Below are positions 1 to 13,830 of a stretch of DNA of 64,000 bases, piece after piece; the first letter of the stretch is position 1; each line of letters starts with the position of its first letter. The DNA comes from Octopus sinensis (lineage: Eukaryota), in contig NC_043004.1 of the NCBI RefSeq assembly GCF_006345805.1, positions 23,436,001-23,500,000 of the forward strand, in the 5' to 3' direction. A program made the position numbers and the translations under genes. The notes beneath the pieces were generated by a model. That model was not told where the DNA came from. It ran no database searches and saw only the letters and a list, made by a program, of their open reading frames with translations.

Positions 1-372
1 AAAATGATAAAAAGAAGAAAAAAAACAAGAAAAGCAAGAAAATGCAAAATAAAAATCCATGAATTGAAGATGATACTAATGACTGACATGATTGAGTGAA
101 TTTGACTAATGACTTTAAGGTTAATAAGCTATTCAACTATTGACCATATAAAGGTAATTAGACAGATATATATAGATACATATAGTAATATGTTAAAAAC
201 CTTGCTACTACAGGTACTGCATTCTGTTTATCTCAGTCTGCCTGGCTGACAAAACATACCAGTAAAAAGAGGTGGGGAAATCTTAATGTTCCCCCTCACC
301 ACCCATCCAAAAAATTATTAAAAAAATTAAAACTAGATAAAATGTAATAGAAAATAAAATGACCCCTACCTC

Positions 373-590
373 TAATGTTCTCTCCAGTTTTGCTGTGGCT
401 TTGTGCAGAGTTTTGCTTGTGTGCAAATTTTGTCTTTCTTTACAAAGTATGTGCACATGTGAGTAACTATATTCAAGTAAAAAAGCTTGATTTCAACTTG
501 AAAAACTTGTGCGCACATTTTCATTTGTGTCTGTACACTATTTGTAAAATGTGTGTGCAAGCACAAATGTGCAGCTTAGAGGGAACATTG
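373..590. mobile_element. Degenerate MITE-like element, possibly hAT-type ends
   Basis: Left end taatgttctctcc is an imperfect inverted copy of right end agagggaacattg; internal degenerate inverted similarity. Confidence 0.35.
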
Positions 591-1780
591 CTTACCACCT
601 CTGAATTAGCTAGGAATGTAAAACAATAATAACAACAATAACAACAACAACAACAGCAGCAGTAATAATAGTAATAATAATAATAATAATGAAAAAGAAA
701 GAAATGGTTTGAAGAGACTTATTGAAAGACTGAAGTTGGTGAAATATTTAAATTTGTTGAAATTCAGAAAATAAAAATGATAAAAAATATATATAAAAAT
801 ACATAGTATAAAAACTGAAAAAAAAAAAAAATGACAGAAAAAAAGAGCAAGGAAAGAAAATTGAAAAAAAAAAAGATAATAATATATATATATATATATA
901 AAGAAATAATAACTGCAACAACAAAAGCAACAAAAATAATAACAATTGAATTAATAAATGAAATTGGTTATTTAGTGACAATTACTATTTTTTTTTGTTT
1001 TGAAATGTTATTTGTTTTTGTTGTTGTTTTCATTTTCTTCACTGCTTTCACATTCACTGGAATTCCTTATATGATGTGTTATTGCTTGGAATATTAATGG
1101 AAGGAATTGGTCATAAATCCATGGAACTTATCATTTTTTTGGCCAGATGTTATGTAAATTCCACAATTACCATGTGTTCATGGAAAAGAAGTTATATTGT
1201 TCATCATTATTAGATGATCTGTAGACAAACATGTACATACACAGCTAGACACACTTATCAATGTTTCGTTAATATTGCTCTCTTTATTATTATTATTATC
1301 ATTATAATTTTAAAAACTGGTGGACTGGCAGAATTGGTAGAGCATTGAACAAAATGTCATTGCCACATTTATATCTGTCTCTTTACGTTCTGTGTTCAAA
1401 TTCCGGTGAGGTCCACTTTACCTTTCATCCTTCCAGGGGTCGATAAATAAAGTACCAGTCCTATACTGGGGTTAACATAATTGACCGTGCCCACCCCTAC
1501 AAGCATATGTGGCTTTGTGCCTATGTTAGAAATAATAATAATTATTATAACCGTTATTGTCAGTACTATTATTATTATAATTATTATTATTATTATCATT
1601 ATTATTATTATTATGAATATTGTTATTGTCATTACATTATGTGTTTATATTGCTAACAGAATGTGTTTATATTTATTTATATCTCTTGGTTCTTTTATGT
1701 AGATATATATGTTAGCTTCTGCGTGTATGTGCACATGCATGTGTGAGTGTATGTATATATACTCTAACATATATAAATTA

Positions 1781-1827
<47 letters not shown>

Positions 1828-2546
1828 CACACGCACATATATATCTGCATATATACATATTAAGATATTCATAGTAATGCAGTTGGGTGAAGATTATAAA
1901 AATAAGGACAAGAACAAAGACAGAATTTTTGCCTTAAAACATTTAATAATCCTTATGTTTTGAGCAAATATATCCCTTAACAATGTGAAGAAAACAGTCT
2001 AGATACTGTGCCAAGAATTTATAGCATTGATTAGGGGTATTTTTACCTGAAATATAAGGTTTATCAAATGCTTAAAGGTAATAGTTCATCTTTAGTTCTT
2101 GTTTTGTCCTTCCACTGCATTGCTATGGCTTTCTAAATCACTGTTTTTCTTTTATATATTCTGCAATGCTTCAAGCAAAATATAACACTCAAATATTTGT
2201 ATACATATATGTATATATATACACACACACACATATACATATATATATTTGTATATGTATAGATATTTATATACGTATAGATATATATTTATATATGCAT
2301 ATATATGTGTGTATGTATATATATATATATATATATATGTATAAAAAACCTTACAAATATTCAGGTGCATATATACCTATATATCAAAATATGTATCACT
2401 CAAAATACAAACAAAATATTTCATCATAGATGAACTTATTTATTTATTTATCCATGGAAGATAGAAACAATTCAATATATTTCTCCCATCATATGTCGAC
2501 TACTCCTTCATCTCCTCGCTCACTAATACCTGCACACCTAACTTAC

Positions 2547-2705
2547 ATCTCCGACATAGTCATGAAACATTTCAAAAATCATGTCATAAACCCAAATGTA
2601 CCATTGGGTCAACAACAAAAAGGCTTCCACTTCCATGCGGTGTGATGTGTCCCAGGGCAAAGAGCCCAGTAGAGACCACACTACCTCAATGCTAATGAAA
2701 TCACA
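2547..2705 (-). CDS. Candidate internal exon of an unidentified gene
   Basis: ttttccttagcactttgtag|TGT...GAT|gtaagt; 159 nt, phase 0-0, the only open frame: CDFISIEVVWSLLGSLPWDTSHRMEVEAFLLLTQWYIWVYDMIFEMFHDYVGD. Non-repetitive. Family not recognised. Confidence 0.7.
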
Positions 2706-3188
2706 CTACAAAGTGCTAAGGAAAACATTTAAGTGATCGACTGAGAATTAAACCTTGATTCACATACAAATACCCACACACATTTATAAATATAGACACA
2801 CTTATATAAATATATACACATAGATGTTCAAATATACATAAATATATGCATAAACACACTTATATACACTTACATGTTCGAATATACATAAATATATGCA
2901 TAAAAATAGTGTCATTCATATAAATATATAGACATTAAAATCCAGTGATTCATAAGGAACTGAACCTTGCACCACATGCATATAAACATATACATGTATA
3001 TGTGTGTGTATGTATTTGTGCACACACACACATATATATATATTTATACATATATATGTGTGTGTGTATATATATATATATATACACACACACGCAGTCA
3101 TACATACACACATATATACATGTACACATGCACATATATACACATATAACCAGGTATAAATTTATACCGACATACATACAAATGCATA

Positions 3189-3246
<58 letters not shown>

Positions 3247-4505
3247 TATGTGTATATATACGTAATAGATATATACATACACTTACATGTACATTTGTAC
3301 ATTTATATACATAGACAATGCATATACACACACACACATACATATAAATATATATAACAACATAGTTATATACATAGAACACACCACTGGGCATCACATA
3401 TATAGAAGCATATAAATATATATACATACACATGCATGTATACACAAACATATATGCACATACATTCTCAAACCTATATATACATACTTAGCTAAATACA
3501 AATACAGATACATATGTTATAGACACCGAGGTCACGTGTACCATAGTTTGGTAGTGTGCTGTGATATTATGTAACAATGTTTTCTATTTTCAGGTAAGTA
3601 ATGTAATGTTATGTTTTTTTTTGTCTTTATTTTTGTTTGAATTTATCTGAATAATTTCCAAAATAAGAATAAAACTAATATAAATAAAATATAATTCAAA
3701 CAAACAGAAAGCAATTTCGATGTGTTTGAGTTTTAAGTTTTCGTTTGTGTTTTAACTAACAATGCTTGGTGTGTATATACATATAAACACAAATATATGT
3801 ATATCAGTATTTGTGCATGGTTTGTATATACACACACACACATACACACACGTGTGTGTGTGTACCTACTTTTGAGCCTGGCAAAAGGAGTTAGACCAAA
3901 ACGCATGCCAGGGCACCCATATACACACACACACTCACACACAGTTACCCCTATAAGGCACCCCCCTCCAACACATATCACTTCACACAAATTGTACCCC
4001 CAAATATACACTGACCCCCCCACACACACACTGCATGCTAACATAGCCCCACAACCACCACCACCATCACAACTTTGTCCTTTTCAGAAAGATGAACAGA
4101 CCAATGAACACAGCTATATACACATACAGCCCCAGAAAAAAATTATATATATCACACTGCTACACATACCACACACCCCATCCCCGCATTAATAATACAC
4201 ACTTCCCCACTTAATTCTTGCCAACTTCATGACATACAGAACCAAGGGACATAACTCCTAAACTAAACCTATGATTCCTTTCACAGCAGCCACTGACCGG
4301 TTGTGCTAATCCACCTCCAACAATAGTGAGTAGTCACTATATTCCATTCCATATCAGGTAACTCTGATGAGCATAAAGTTATATACTTGGTATGTTACCT
4401 AACACTCCAATGTTTTTTTTACATGAAAACTATTGATAAGATAAGCCATGATTGATATTTAATACTATACATTTCAGATAATACAGACACACACACATAT
4501 ATACA

Positions 4506-5352
4506 CAGGGTATTTAGACTAAATGTTTGCATACAAGGAAAAGAATACACTATCCCATCCAAAATTAAAAGTATATTTAAAATATCAAACGATATTAAGT
4601 AGATGACAGTTCACTCAAAGTAGCCATCTTCAGCATCTACCACAGCCTCAAGATCTAGAACCTGTGCATGTGTTCCTCACTGTGTCCTTGGGAAGATCTT
4701 CCAACACCTCCTTGATCTTGACCACAAGCTTGGCCTAGGTGTTGCCACCAAAGCAGTTGGTATGTTTCTCAACAGCATTCCACACATAGTAAACCTTGGA
4801 ATTTGAACCTGAGTAATTAGAAAGCTAGAAATTGGGGCTAGTAAAGCCATAGAAATTCTCTGACAACCACTTCTGACTCTTTCTGTAGGTATGACAAGGA
4901 GCTGGTTCCTACTGTCATACATATGGCCTTCCAACAGTAACCCTCTTCAGTCAAGGTTTGACCAGTTTCCAGCAGCTTCACATAGCCCTTTGAACTGAGC
5001 CTAAGGCATTGTTCCTGCAGCTGTTGGGTGAATTCTAGCATGTGGACACAGTTAGAATGCCTGTTGTATCTCTTCCTGCTGGTCACTGCTTCATAGTCTC
5101 TGTTGCAGTTGTCCATGTCATGTCATACAACCTTTGCAGTGTTCACAGAACATTGAGCAGCAGTCATGGTGTTGGCATTTTGACACCTGGTGTAAATCAT
5201 CATGATACAGGTAAGTCATTTCCAATATTAAGATGGCTTTCAGTTTTCCATGTCAGCTAACTTTCTCCCAACTACTTTATGCTCTCTAACACCAATACAT
5301 CAAGCTGTTCTTGAAAAACAACAAAAAAAGCACCAAATTTAGTCTGAACACC

Positions 5353-5355
<3 letters not shown>
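4506..5355 (-). mobile_element. Internally deleted Tc1/mariner-superfamily element (maT/DD37D-like) with TIRs
   Basis: TIRs cagggtatttagactaaatg and aatttagtctgaacacccc near TA; frameshifted transposase C-terminal remnants; homologous to 9200-9905 in the opposite orientation. Subfamily call is from recalled motifs. Confidence 0.7.
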
Positions 5356-5406
<51 letters not shown>

Positions 5407-5949
5407 GCTCTCTCTTTCTATTCTTCTCCTCCTCCTTAATTCTTTTGTTCCTCTTTTTCTCTCTCTTCTCACATGACCGGTGGGCCGGACTACTGGCCCT
5501 TTTGTGTCTAACTGTGGTCACTGCCACATCGATATTCTTCCCTCTGCTGTGGGGTTTCATTTCCACATGCACCAGCTGGGTTCGATTCGTCCCCAGTCAA
5601 AGGACGCCTGTTGTTATGACCTGTTATTGTTGTTTTTATTGTATTTTTGTGTTTATGTTTGTGTGTCATCGTCTGTTTTTCTGTCCTTGTTTTCATATTC
5701 ATTTGATACTTTTTACCAAGGAATCTAGTGCTCTTAGCTTGGTTTTTCCTTGAGGCTGGCCAGATTGGAGCAATTTCAAGATTAATCAGCTGAAATTGTG
5801 AGGATGATCCGGTTCTTGACTGAGGATAAAAGGCTTCGAATGACCCATCCTTGTTTTTTTGTATTGTCTATCTGGATGTTTTGTTGTCTCTTTTGTATCA
5901 CCTAGTTGTCCGGATGTTTTGCGTTCTTGTCCCATTTATATATATATAT

Positions 5950-6167
5950 ATCTGTAAATATAATATGTGACAGTTATTCGGTAGCCATGATAAAACTCTG
6001 AGTTTCAGATGTTGGAGCCGAAACCCACATTGCTATTTCTTCAGTTATCAGGCATTTTTTTCGATGGCTCGATAACTGAAGAGATGGCAGCATGAGTTTT
6101 CGCCCCAATATCTGAATCTTGGAGTTTTATCATGGCTACCGAATAATTGTCACATATATTTACAGAT
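5950..6167. mobile_element. Fold-back/MITE-like palindrome
   Basis: Roughly 100-bp arms: atatgtgacagttattcggtagccatgataaaactc... versus ...gagttttatcatggctaccgaataattgtcacatat; short spacer. Confidence 0.85.
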
Positions 6168-6184
6168 AAATTCCTCTATTTACA

Positions 6185-6430
6185 TAATATCGAGGTCTCT
6201 TTCATTCTTTTGTTGTCTTACCATTTCTATCAATATATATATACGCCATGATAGATCGTTAGCCACTACACACATTTTTTTCTCTACTTGTTTTCTGTGT
6301 CCCTTTCTGTAGAAGAGCGTAGGCTCGAAACGTAAAAGACTTTTTCTATTCCTGAGCGTTATACTAATACAACTGTTTGTTTTGTACACCACCTGTCTTC
6401 GTCTTTTTCCGTAAACTCTCCCTACATATA
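6185..6430 (+). mobile_element. Interspersed repeat with a hammerhead-like motif (probably Penelope-like-element derived); second copy near 31130-31370
   Basis: Two clearly homologous copies in the window; motif cttt-ctgtaga-a-gagc-gtag-gctc-gaaac-gta-aaag at 6303-6338. Confidence 0.6.
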
Positions 6431-7279
6431 TAGCAAAAACGGATTAGAAATCCAGGCCAATACTTTTTAAGCACACTGTAGGAGTGAAACTTAGCTATTC
6501 AAATTAACTAGTGAAAGTCTTTGCACATGGTCCATAGAATTGCAATCCACTTCTTGACCAACCAGTAAATCCAAAGTTCACACTGAAAACGTTGTTGTAA
6601 GGACAAAAAGTGTATTAGAAACTACAAAAGAATGGAGGATTATACATTTTTAATCTTATGCATGTGTGTCTTTGTGTTTGTGTTATGCTTATTCCTCACA
6701 CTGCTTAACAACCAGTGTTTGTTTACATCCCTGTAACTGAGTGGTTCAGTTAAAGAGACCACCAGAATAAGTACCAGTGCTTAAAAAAAAAGCACGCATT
6801 CAATTAGAATCCTTCAACATGGTGCCTCAGCATGGCTGCAGTCCAATAACTGAAACAAAGAGCAGATAAAGGCTAAGATTTATATGGAAGAAATACAGTA
6901 ATTTGAATCAACACTGTTATATAACTGCTATGTATTTCATTGATACACCACCAAGTGAAGAAATATCAATACTTTTGCCCAGAACTAACATTTGGAAACA
7001 AGAACATTTTCTTTTATCATTTATTCTTAGAAAGGTTGCAAGCTGGTTGAATTGTTAGCATGGTAGACGTAATGCTTAAAGACAATTCTTTTGGCTTTAT
7101 GTTCTGATTTAAAATTCTATTGCGGTTGACTTTACCCTTCATCGTTTCAGTGTTGATAAAATAAATACTAGTTGAGTACTGGGGTCATTTCAAAATTGCT
7201 GGTCTCATGTCAAAATTAGAAAGAGATGTGTGGATGATGCAAGAGTCAAGTTAAATAGAAGGTGATGTGATGGAGAAAT

Positions 7280-8340
7280 AACACAATAAACAGAACTGTA
7301 AAAGCTAAGAAACGAGATCGGAAAATCCAGATGAAAGTTAGTAGTAAACAGCATTATTAGAAGAGCAGCCAGGCATGAGGTATATATGGCTAAGGGAAAA
7401 GCAGAAAAGAAGAGATTACCACATGTTCTATGACATGAGGATCAGAGGTGTGAGATGTTCAGAATTGCAAGACTGTGTGTTGAGGGAACTGAGATGTCAT
7501 TTGGAAGAAAGTATGAAGGTCCCTTTGTTATTGCTGGTGATAAAGATGCATGGAGAATGCATGGGATGAAAAGGAGCTACCACATGTTGATACTAGAGAG
7601 GAACCAGCAATTCAAGTTGACAACAGTGTGGTATGTAGTGAGATTAAGGACATGAAGGTAGAGCAAGCTGATGATCCATCAAGGAAAGTTGCAGAGAAAC
7701 TCAAAATATGTGGAAAGCTAGGATACATGAATAGGTTAATAAAGTTATACAGGATAGGCAGTCAAGTAATACAGAAAGGTGTCACACCTAATTTCTGGCA
7801 TAGTAGTATCATTGTTGACTACCTCAAAGACAAAGGAGATGCTTTAGGAAGTGGAAATTGTATAAAATACATATTATATATTACAAATGTAACCCAAGTA
7901 TCATACAATCTTGACTTCTCTCTGAATATATATATAAGCAGAGAATTACTAGGGCGAGTTATGGAAGTCGTTGAGAGAATTATAGTACATGTGATCTGGA
8001 GCAGAGTTAAAGATGTGATGAAGTTTGGCTTCATGTCCAACAGAGGCACTAGACATGTAATCTTCCTAGTTAGATAATTGTATGATAAATATTTAGTAAA
8101 AATGGAACCACCACTCCTAACAATCATTGTCCTGGAGAAAAGGTTTCACACTATAAACAGGAGATTACTCAGGAAACTAGATGTAGATGAATGACTTATG
8201 AGGATTTCACATGCTATTTAAAAAAAAGTGCAGCAATAAAGTAAGAGTTAATGAGTTCAGTAACAAATTTAATATGAAGGGAGAGGCCCCATCAATGCTC
8301 AGTTCTCATCCTTCTTCTGTTCATCATAGTTCTGCAGAGG
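7280..8340 (+). mobile_element. Decayed RTE-type LINE ORF2 fragment
   Basis: ORF 7550..8077 and neighbours (DYLKDKGDAL, FGFMSNRGTRHVIFLVR) are degenerate versions of the RTE copy at 15625-17450. Confidence 0.8.
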
Positions 8341-9199
8341 AGTTTTAGACCAACTGCTTTTAAAGACACTTACAAGCTTTTGGTCTTATTCTCATAGGTA
8401 AGTCTATAGTGGAATTACAGCAACCCTAATGATCAACTGATACTTATTTTATCTCACCTGAAGTTGCTGGTCTTGTGCCAAAATTTGAAACCAAATGGAC
8501 AGAGAAAGTGTAAGATTGTGAGTTTCCTTTAATCCCATCCTGCCAAAGAATATTCAATGACTCTAGTGTTGGGGTTGCCAAGAGAATACACCTAGTACAC
8601 ACTGTAAAGTGGTTAGTGATAAGAAACACAACCGGCCATAGAAACCAATACAAATGATATGTATGAGAATCTGAAATGACTCACACTGTGGTGGCCAGTT
8701 AAACCCGTGCCAACATAGGAAGCAGAAGTTAATGAATATGATAATGATGACAGTGACGAAGATGACGATGACAATGACGACGACGACGATGATGTTGATG
8801 ATATGTATATGATGGACTTCTTTTTATTTTCCATTAACCAAATTCTCTCAGTGGGATTTGGTCAGCATGCAGTAATACCTGGCTTAAGTGGTATTATCTA
8901 ATCCATGCTAACAAAGAAAGTAGAAGTAAAACGTTGTTGTTTTCCTTCTTGGTGGTGGTGGTGGTGAGGAAAATGACAATGATAACAATGGTGATGGTGG
9001 TGGCGGTGATGGTTGTCATCATCATTGTCTTTTCTGTCATCATCATCAGTGTCATCGTCATTGTCATCATCATTGTTTTCTTTGTCATCATTCTTCTTAT
9101 GTTGTTACAAAAATTATGGAGAAAATAACCATCAACCTCTTCATGCTGGTGTTCAGGTTAAATCTGACAATTTTTCATGCCTTTTTTTTTTTTTTACTT

Positions 9200-9905
9200 T
9201 ACCAGAACAGCTTGATTGGTGAACACGCAATGGCATTTGAGAGCATAAAGATATAAAGATTAAATTTGTAGCTGAGAAAAAGTTAGCTGACATGGAGGAC
9301 TGGATGCCATCTGAATATTGGAAAAGAATTACCAGTATCATATTGATTTGTGCTCCATTTCAAAATACCAAAATCATGACTGCTGCTCAAAGCTCTACAA
9401 TCCATATGATGTCCCATGTATCATAAAAACCAAATTCCCCCAAATGTTATGGTCTTTGGGTATGTGTCCAGTGAGGTTGATGTTATGTTATCCCCACATA
9501 TTTGATCAGGGGTTTAATCAAGATTCAGACAACTAGGAAAAGCTGCTGGAGACTGGTCAAACCCTAGCTGAAGAGGTGAGTCATTACTGGAAGGCCATAT
9601 GTGTGGCAGCAAAATTTCACTCCTTGTCATACCTCCAGAAAGAGTCAGAAATGGTTGTTGGAGAATTTCTAGGACTTCACCAGCCCCAGTTTCTATCTTC
9701 CTAATTCCTTTGATTGTCATCTCATGGATTACTAAATGTGAAGCATGATTGAGAAAGACACCAACTGCTCTGCCTCCAACACCGAGGCTGAACAGCTAGT
9801 CAAGATCAAGGAGGTATTTGAATATCTTCCTAAGGACGCAGTAAGGAATGCATGCACCAGGTTCTGGAGCAGTCTTGAGGGCAGTTACTTTGAGAAAGCT
9901 GTTAT
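9200..9905 (+). mobile_element. Tc1/mariner (maT/DD37D-like) transposase relic
   Basis: Broken frames read ...PHIFDQGFNQDS...YLPNSFDCHLMDY*MWSMIEKDTN...KEVFEYLPKDAVRNACTRFWSSLE, a transposase C-terminus. Confidence 0.7.
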
Positions 9906-10007
9906 CTCTCAGTCATAATCTAGAGGATATTTTTTGATTTTTTAAAAAATAATTTCAGTTTTGGATGGGATGTTTAGTTTTCTTTTCTTTCATGCAAACA
10001 GTAAAAT

Positions 10008-10274
10008 TTAACCCCAGCACCCTGTAAATGTCAGGTTCAGATTATTTTGACGACTTCCACTTTAAAACAAGCCATACTCAGCTCAAGTATCCTTTTATCT
10101 TATATTCCAAAAAGCAAGATCCAGCGTCTCAGGCTTACTCAACAATGTCATTCTAAAATTACACAATCAAATGTTCAAAATCTCAAATCTATAATATAAT
10201 GTATGATTAATTCAAAACAAATTAAATGAAGAAACATTGCATTTGACAGAGCAATCTGAATGCTAAAGGGTTAA
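10008..10274. mobile_element. TTAA-flanked MITE family; related copies near 25677-25905 and 49931-50084
   Basis: Ends ttaaccc... and ...aatgctaaagggttaa; shared internal sequence gattaattcaaaac in the 10008 and 25677 copies. TTAA ends suggest piggyBac-type mobilisation (inference). Confidence 0.55.
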
Positions 10275-11477
10275 ATACAGTTTTCTTTGATCAATAAGGG
10301 AGCCTGTCTGTAACAGCTCATTTTGCTAGAAATTATAACAAAATCTCCCACAACTACATACCACTATTTTCCTGAAGAACAGATTGGACTGTTCGATCTG
10401 GTGTACACTATTCCTGAAAAATAGATGAGATGGCCATGGCTGCAACATTTTTGATCATGGCTATGTTCTTAATCATAATTGGTCCCTTTTCGTAGAATTT
10501 CAGGTACAAGTTAGATAAAAGCAAAAAATTAGTCAGAGAAATACAGACATTGATTGACCTTTGCTGGCCATCCTGTACAAAATGGTCAAGATGATATTTT
10601 TTTACTGTATAAGTTGTGAGGAAAACGTGGTCCAGAAGAGTATTTTAAAAGGTTGAAACTGGGGAAGAAGGATTGAACCAAATGTTCAGTAGCAGTAGTA
10701 GCAGTAGAAGCAGCAGCAGTAGTGGCAACAGTAGTAGTACTGGTGGTGGTGGTGGTGGTGCCAACGACGACAGCAGCAGCAGCAGCCGTAGTAGTAGTAG
10801 TTGTAGTAGTAGGAGGAGGAATAAGCCATTGTGATTTTTATTTGTTGTAGTTCTAGTATGAATTTTAGTTGAATGGTTAAGAAGTTTGCTTTGCAATCAC
10901 AAAATCCTTGGTTCAATTCCACTATTTGGCATCTTGGGTAAGTGTTTTACTATACTATAGCTATAAGTTAGTCAAAGCTTTGAGTTAAACTGAATTGATG
11001 GACAGGTTGTGAGAGTTAGATGGATTGTACCTGTACTTCAAAAGTTCACTCATATTACTCTATAGTTACATATACATATATCTATATTAGTTTCAAATTT
11101 TTGCACAAGGCCTGAAACTTTGGGGGAGGAGTAAGCCAATTACATTGTGTAACATGATTTTCGTTGTTGCATAGCAAATGTTATTTCCTATTTGCTTACC
11201 CCTAGAATGTATGAAAAATGGCTAATATTTCCTTCAAACATTACTTTTGTTATATTTATTCAAGCCCCAAAGAATCCCTCTCAACACATAGTTATGATGT
11301 TCTCCTACTACTCCTGCTCATGGTCAGGGATGTACATATTGTCAGCCGCTAAGGAACATGCTCAAGTGGTCAAGGTCAAGCAAGAGACAAGTAAATCTGT
11401 GGTATTGAGCAGAATATTTGCTATAACAACATTTCTGCTTCAGTAACTCAATGGTGAATCTGTCTGAAATATAATAC

Positions 11478-11548
<71 letters not shown>

Positions 11549-12271
11549 ATATTGTGGTTATAAGAGTTTATGGTGTCATTGAGACCCAAAGGTGTCAGGG
11601 AATGCTATAGACAGACCATAGTTAAGTTCTAGGTTCGGTGATTTTGCGAATAAGGGGTTCAAAGTTGGTCATATGTCAGCGTGTGTATATAAGAATTTTT
11701 TGCATAATGAGATAAGAAACCAAGGCTGTGTAGATATTAGAGCATTTTCAGGATATTTATTAATTATATTCCATCATTGGAGACAGTGTGAGAGGATGGT
11801 TAAGTAATAATTAATTTAGATAGGATACAAAATAGAGATAGAAGTGGAGGAAAGGAAATAGATGTGAAATATGTAGGGATATTGAATTTGTAGATCCATT
11901 TTTAGGCAGAATGGTATATATGTAAGATTCCAATACCTTATGAGAAAAATCCAACAGTATCTAAAATTGTTCATTCCAAGTATAGAATTTTATACACAAT
12001 GTTTGAAATGTGGAGTATGTAAAACAAGGGACAACTGATGAAGGGATTGTTCTTTATGTTGCTTGTCTCGTCTCTCTATTTGTTTCCTTCCCTGTTCGGA
12101 AAAAAGTTCGTTTTCCATGTTTTTGTGTTTTTATGTTCACGTTTTTCATTTTGTTCGTTTTTTGACATCCTGTATCTATATATACATGTATATATACATA
12201 TATATATGTAAGTACGTATATATATATATGTATCTATGCATATATATATATAATATATATATATTTATATT

Positions 12272-12393
<122 letters not shown>

Positions 12394-13502
12394 CATTTAA
12401 AAAATCCCCTTTATCTATCACTCCCCCTCATGAATCTGCTTACCCACTATGTCCCTAATTTTTTTCCCCACAGTATAACCTCCTAATAGCCCCCTCCTTC
12501 TATCTGTTCCCACTTATAACATTCCCTTTCTCTCCATCTCCTACTCTCCTTTAGCAACCCTGCCAACTTAAGCACCCACTCACCATAACCAATCCCCAGC
12601 CAGTCACATCTTCACTATCTTATCTCTCTGCTCTCTCTCCTTCTCTTCTCGCTCCACCTCTTCTCTGTCTATTCTCTCTTCTCTCTCTCTTCTCTCTCCT
12701 CTCTCTTCTCTCCTTGCTCTCTGTCTTCTCCCCCCCTCTCTCTCTCTCTCCATTCTTTCTCCAGCTGAGGTAGCCTTGTATCTCTTCTACAGTAAGACCC
12801 CTATTTCTGTCCCTCTATTCATATTCAAACCTTTTATCACCTGGCACTTGACCACCTCCCTCAATATTACTTCCTACTCAGTTCAGGGGATTTCGTCTTG
12901 CAAGTTACCTGGTGGCTTCAGTGTTGCTGGTGCCATGCAAAAAGCATCTTCTACACCCTTTAAAGTGGTTCGGCATTAAGAACAACATCCAGCCATAGAA
13001 ACCTTGTCAAAGGAGACAGTCAAGCTTGGTGCTGTCTTCTGACTTGCCAGCTCCTTTCAAAGTGTACAACCCATACCAGCATGGAAAAACAGATACTCTT
13101 TTACTCTTTTACTTGTTTCAGTCATTTGACTGTGGCCATGCTGGAGCACCGGCTTTAGTCGAGCAAATCAACTCCCATGACTTATTCTTTGTAAGCCTAG
13201 TACTTATTCTATCGGTCTCTTTTGCCGAATTGCTAAGTTACGGAGACATAAACACACCAGCATCGGTTGTCAAGCGATGTTGGGAGGACAAACACAGACA
13301 CACAAACCCATACATACACACACATACATATATATACATATATACGATGGGCTTCTTTCAGTTTCTGTCGACCAAGTCCACTCACAAGGCTTTGGTCGGC
13401 CCGAGGCTATAGTAGAAGACACTTGGCCAAGGTGCCATGCAGTGGGACTGAACCCGGAACTATGTGGTTGATAAGCAAGCTACTTACCACACAGCCACTC
13501 CT

Positions 13503-13830
13503 ATGATGATGATGAAGATGATAATTACCATGATGATGATGATGACAACAACGACAATGATGATGATGAAGATGGTAATTACAATGATGATGATGATGAC
13601 AACGACGACGACGATGATGATGATGACGACAATATTAAGGATGACAATGACAATAATGATAATGATGATGATGCAGATGATGATGATAATGACAACGAAG
13701 ATGATGATGATACGGACAATGAAGACGATGACGATGACATTGATGATGATGATGACAATAACAATAACAATGATGATAAAGATGATGACAATGACGATGA
13801 TGATGAAAACGACGAAGATGATGATGATGT
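13503..13830. repeat. Long imperfect (GAT/GAC/AAT)n trinucleotide tract
   Basis: Direct reading; source of the poly-M/T and poly-S ORFs. Confidence 0.95.

Noticed and set aside
990-1220. Possible terminal or next exon of the unidentified gene
   Set aside because: The acceptor at about 1219 gives II-stop in phase 0; other frames are interrupted. It cannot be distinguished from intron or UTR.
5815-5850. CTGAGGA...GAA hammerhead-like motif; also CTGATGA at about 4365 and 12035
   Set aside because: No convincing helix II, GAAA or helix I pairing could be drawn.
9203-9310. Apparent minus-strand exon (GIQSSMSANFFSATNLIF...) with good splice sites
   Set aside because: Homologous to 5220-5310 within the Tc1/mariner relic, so it is transposon sequence.
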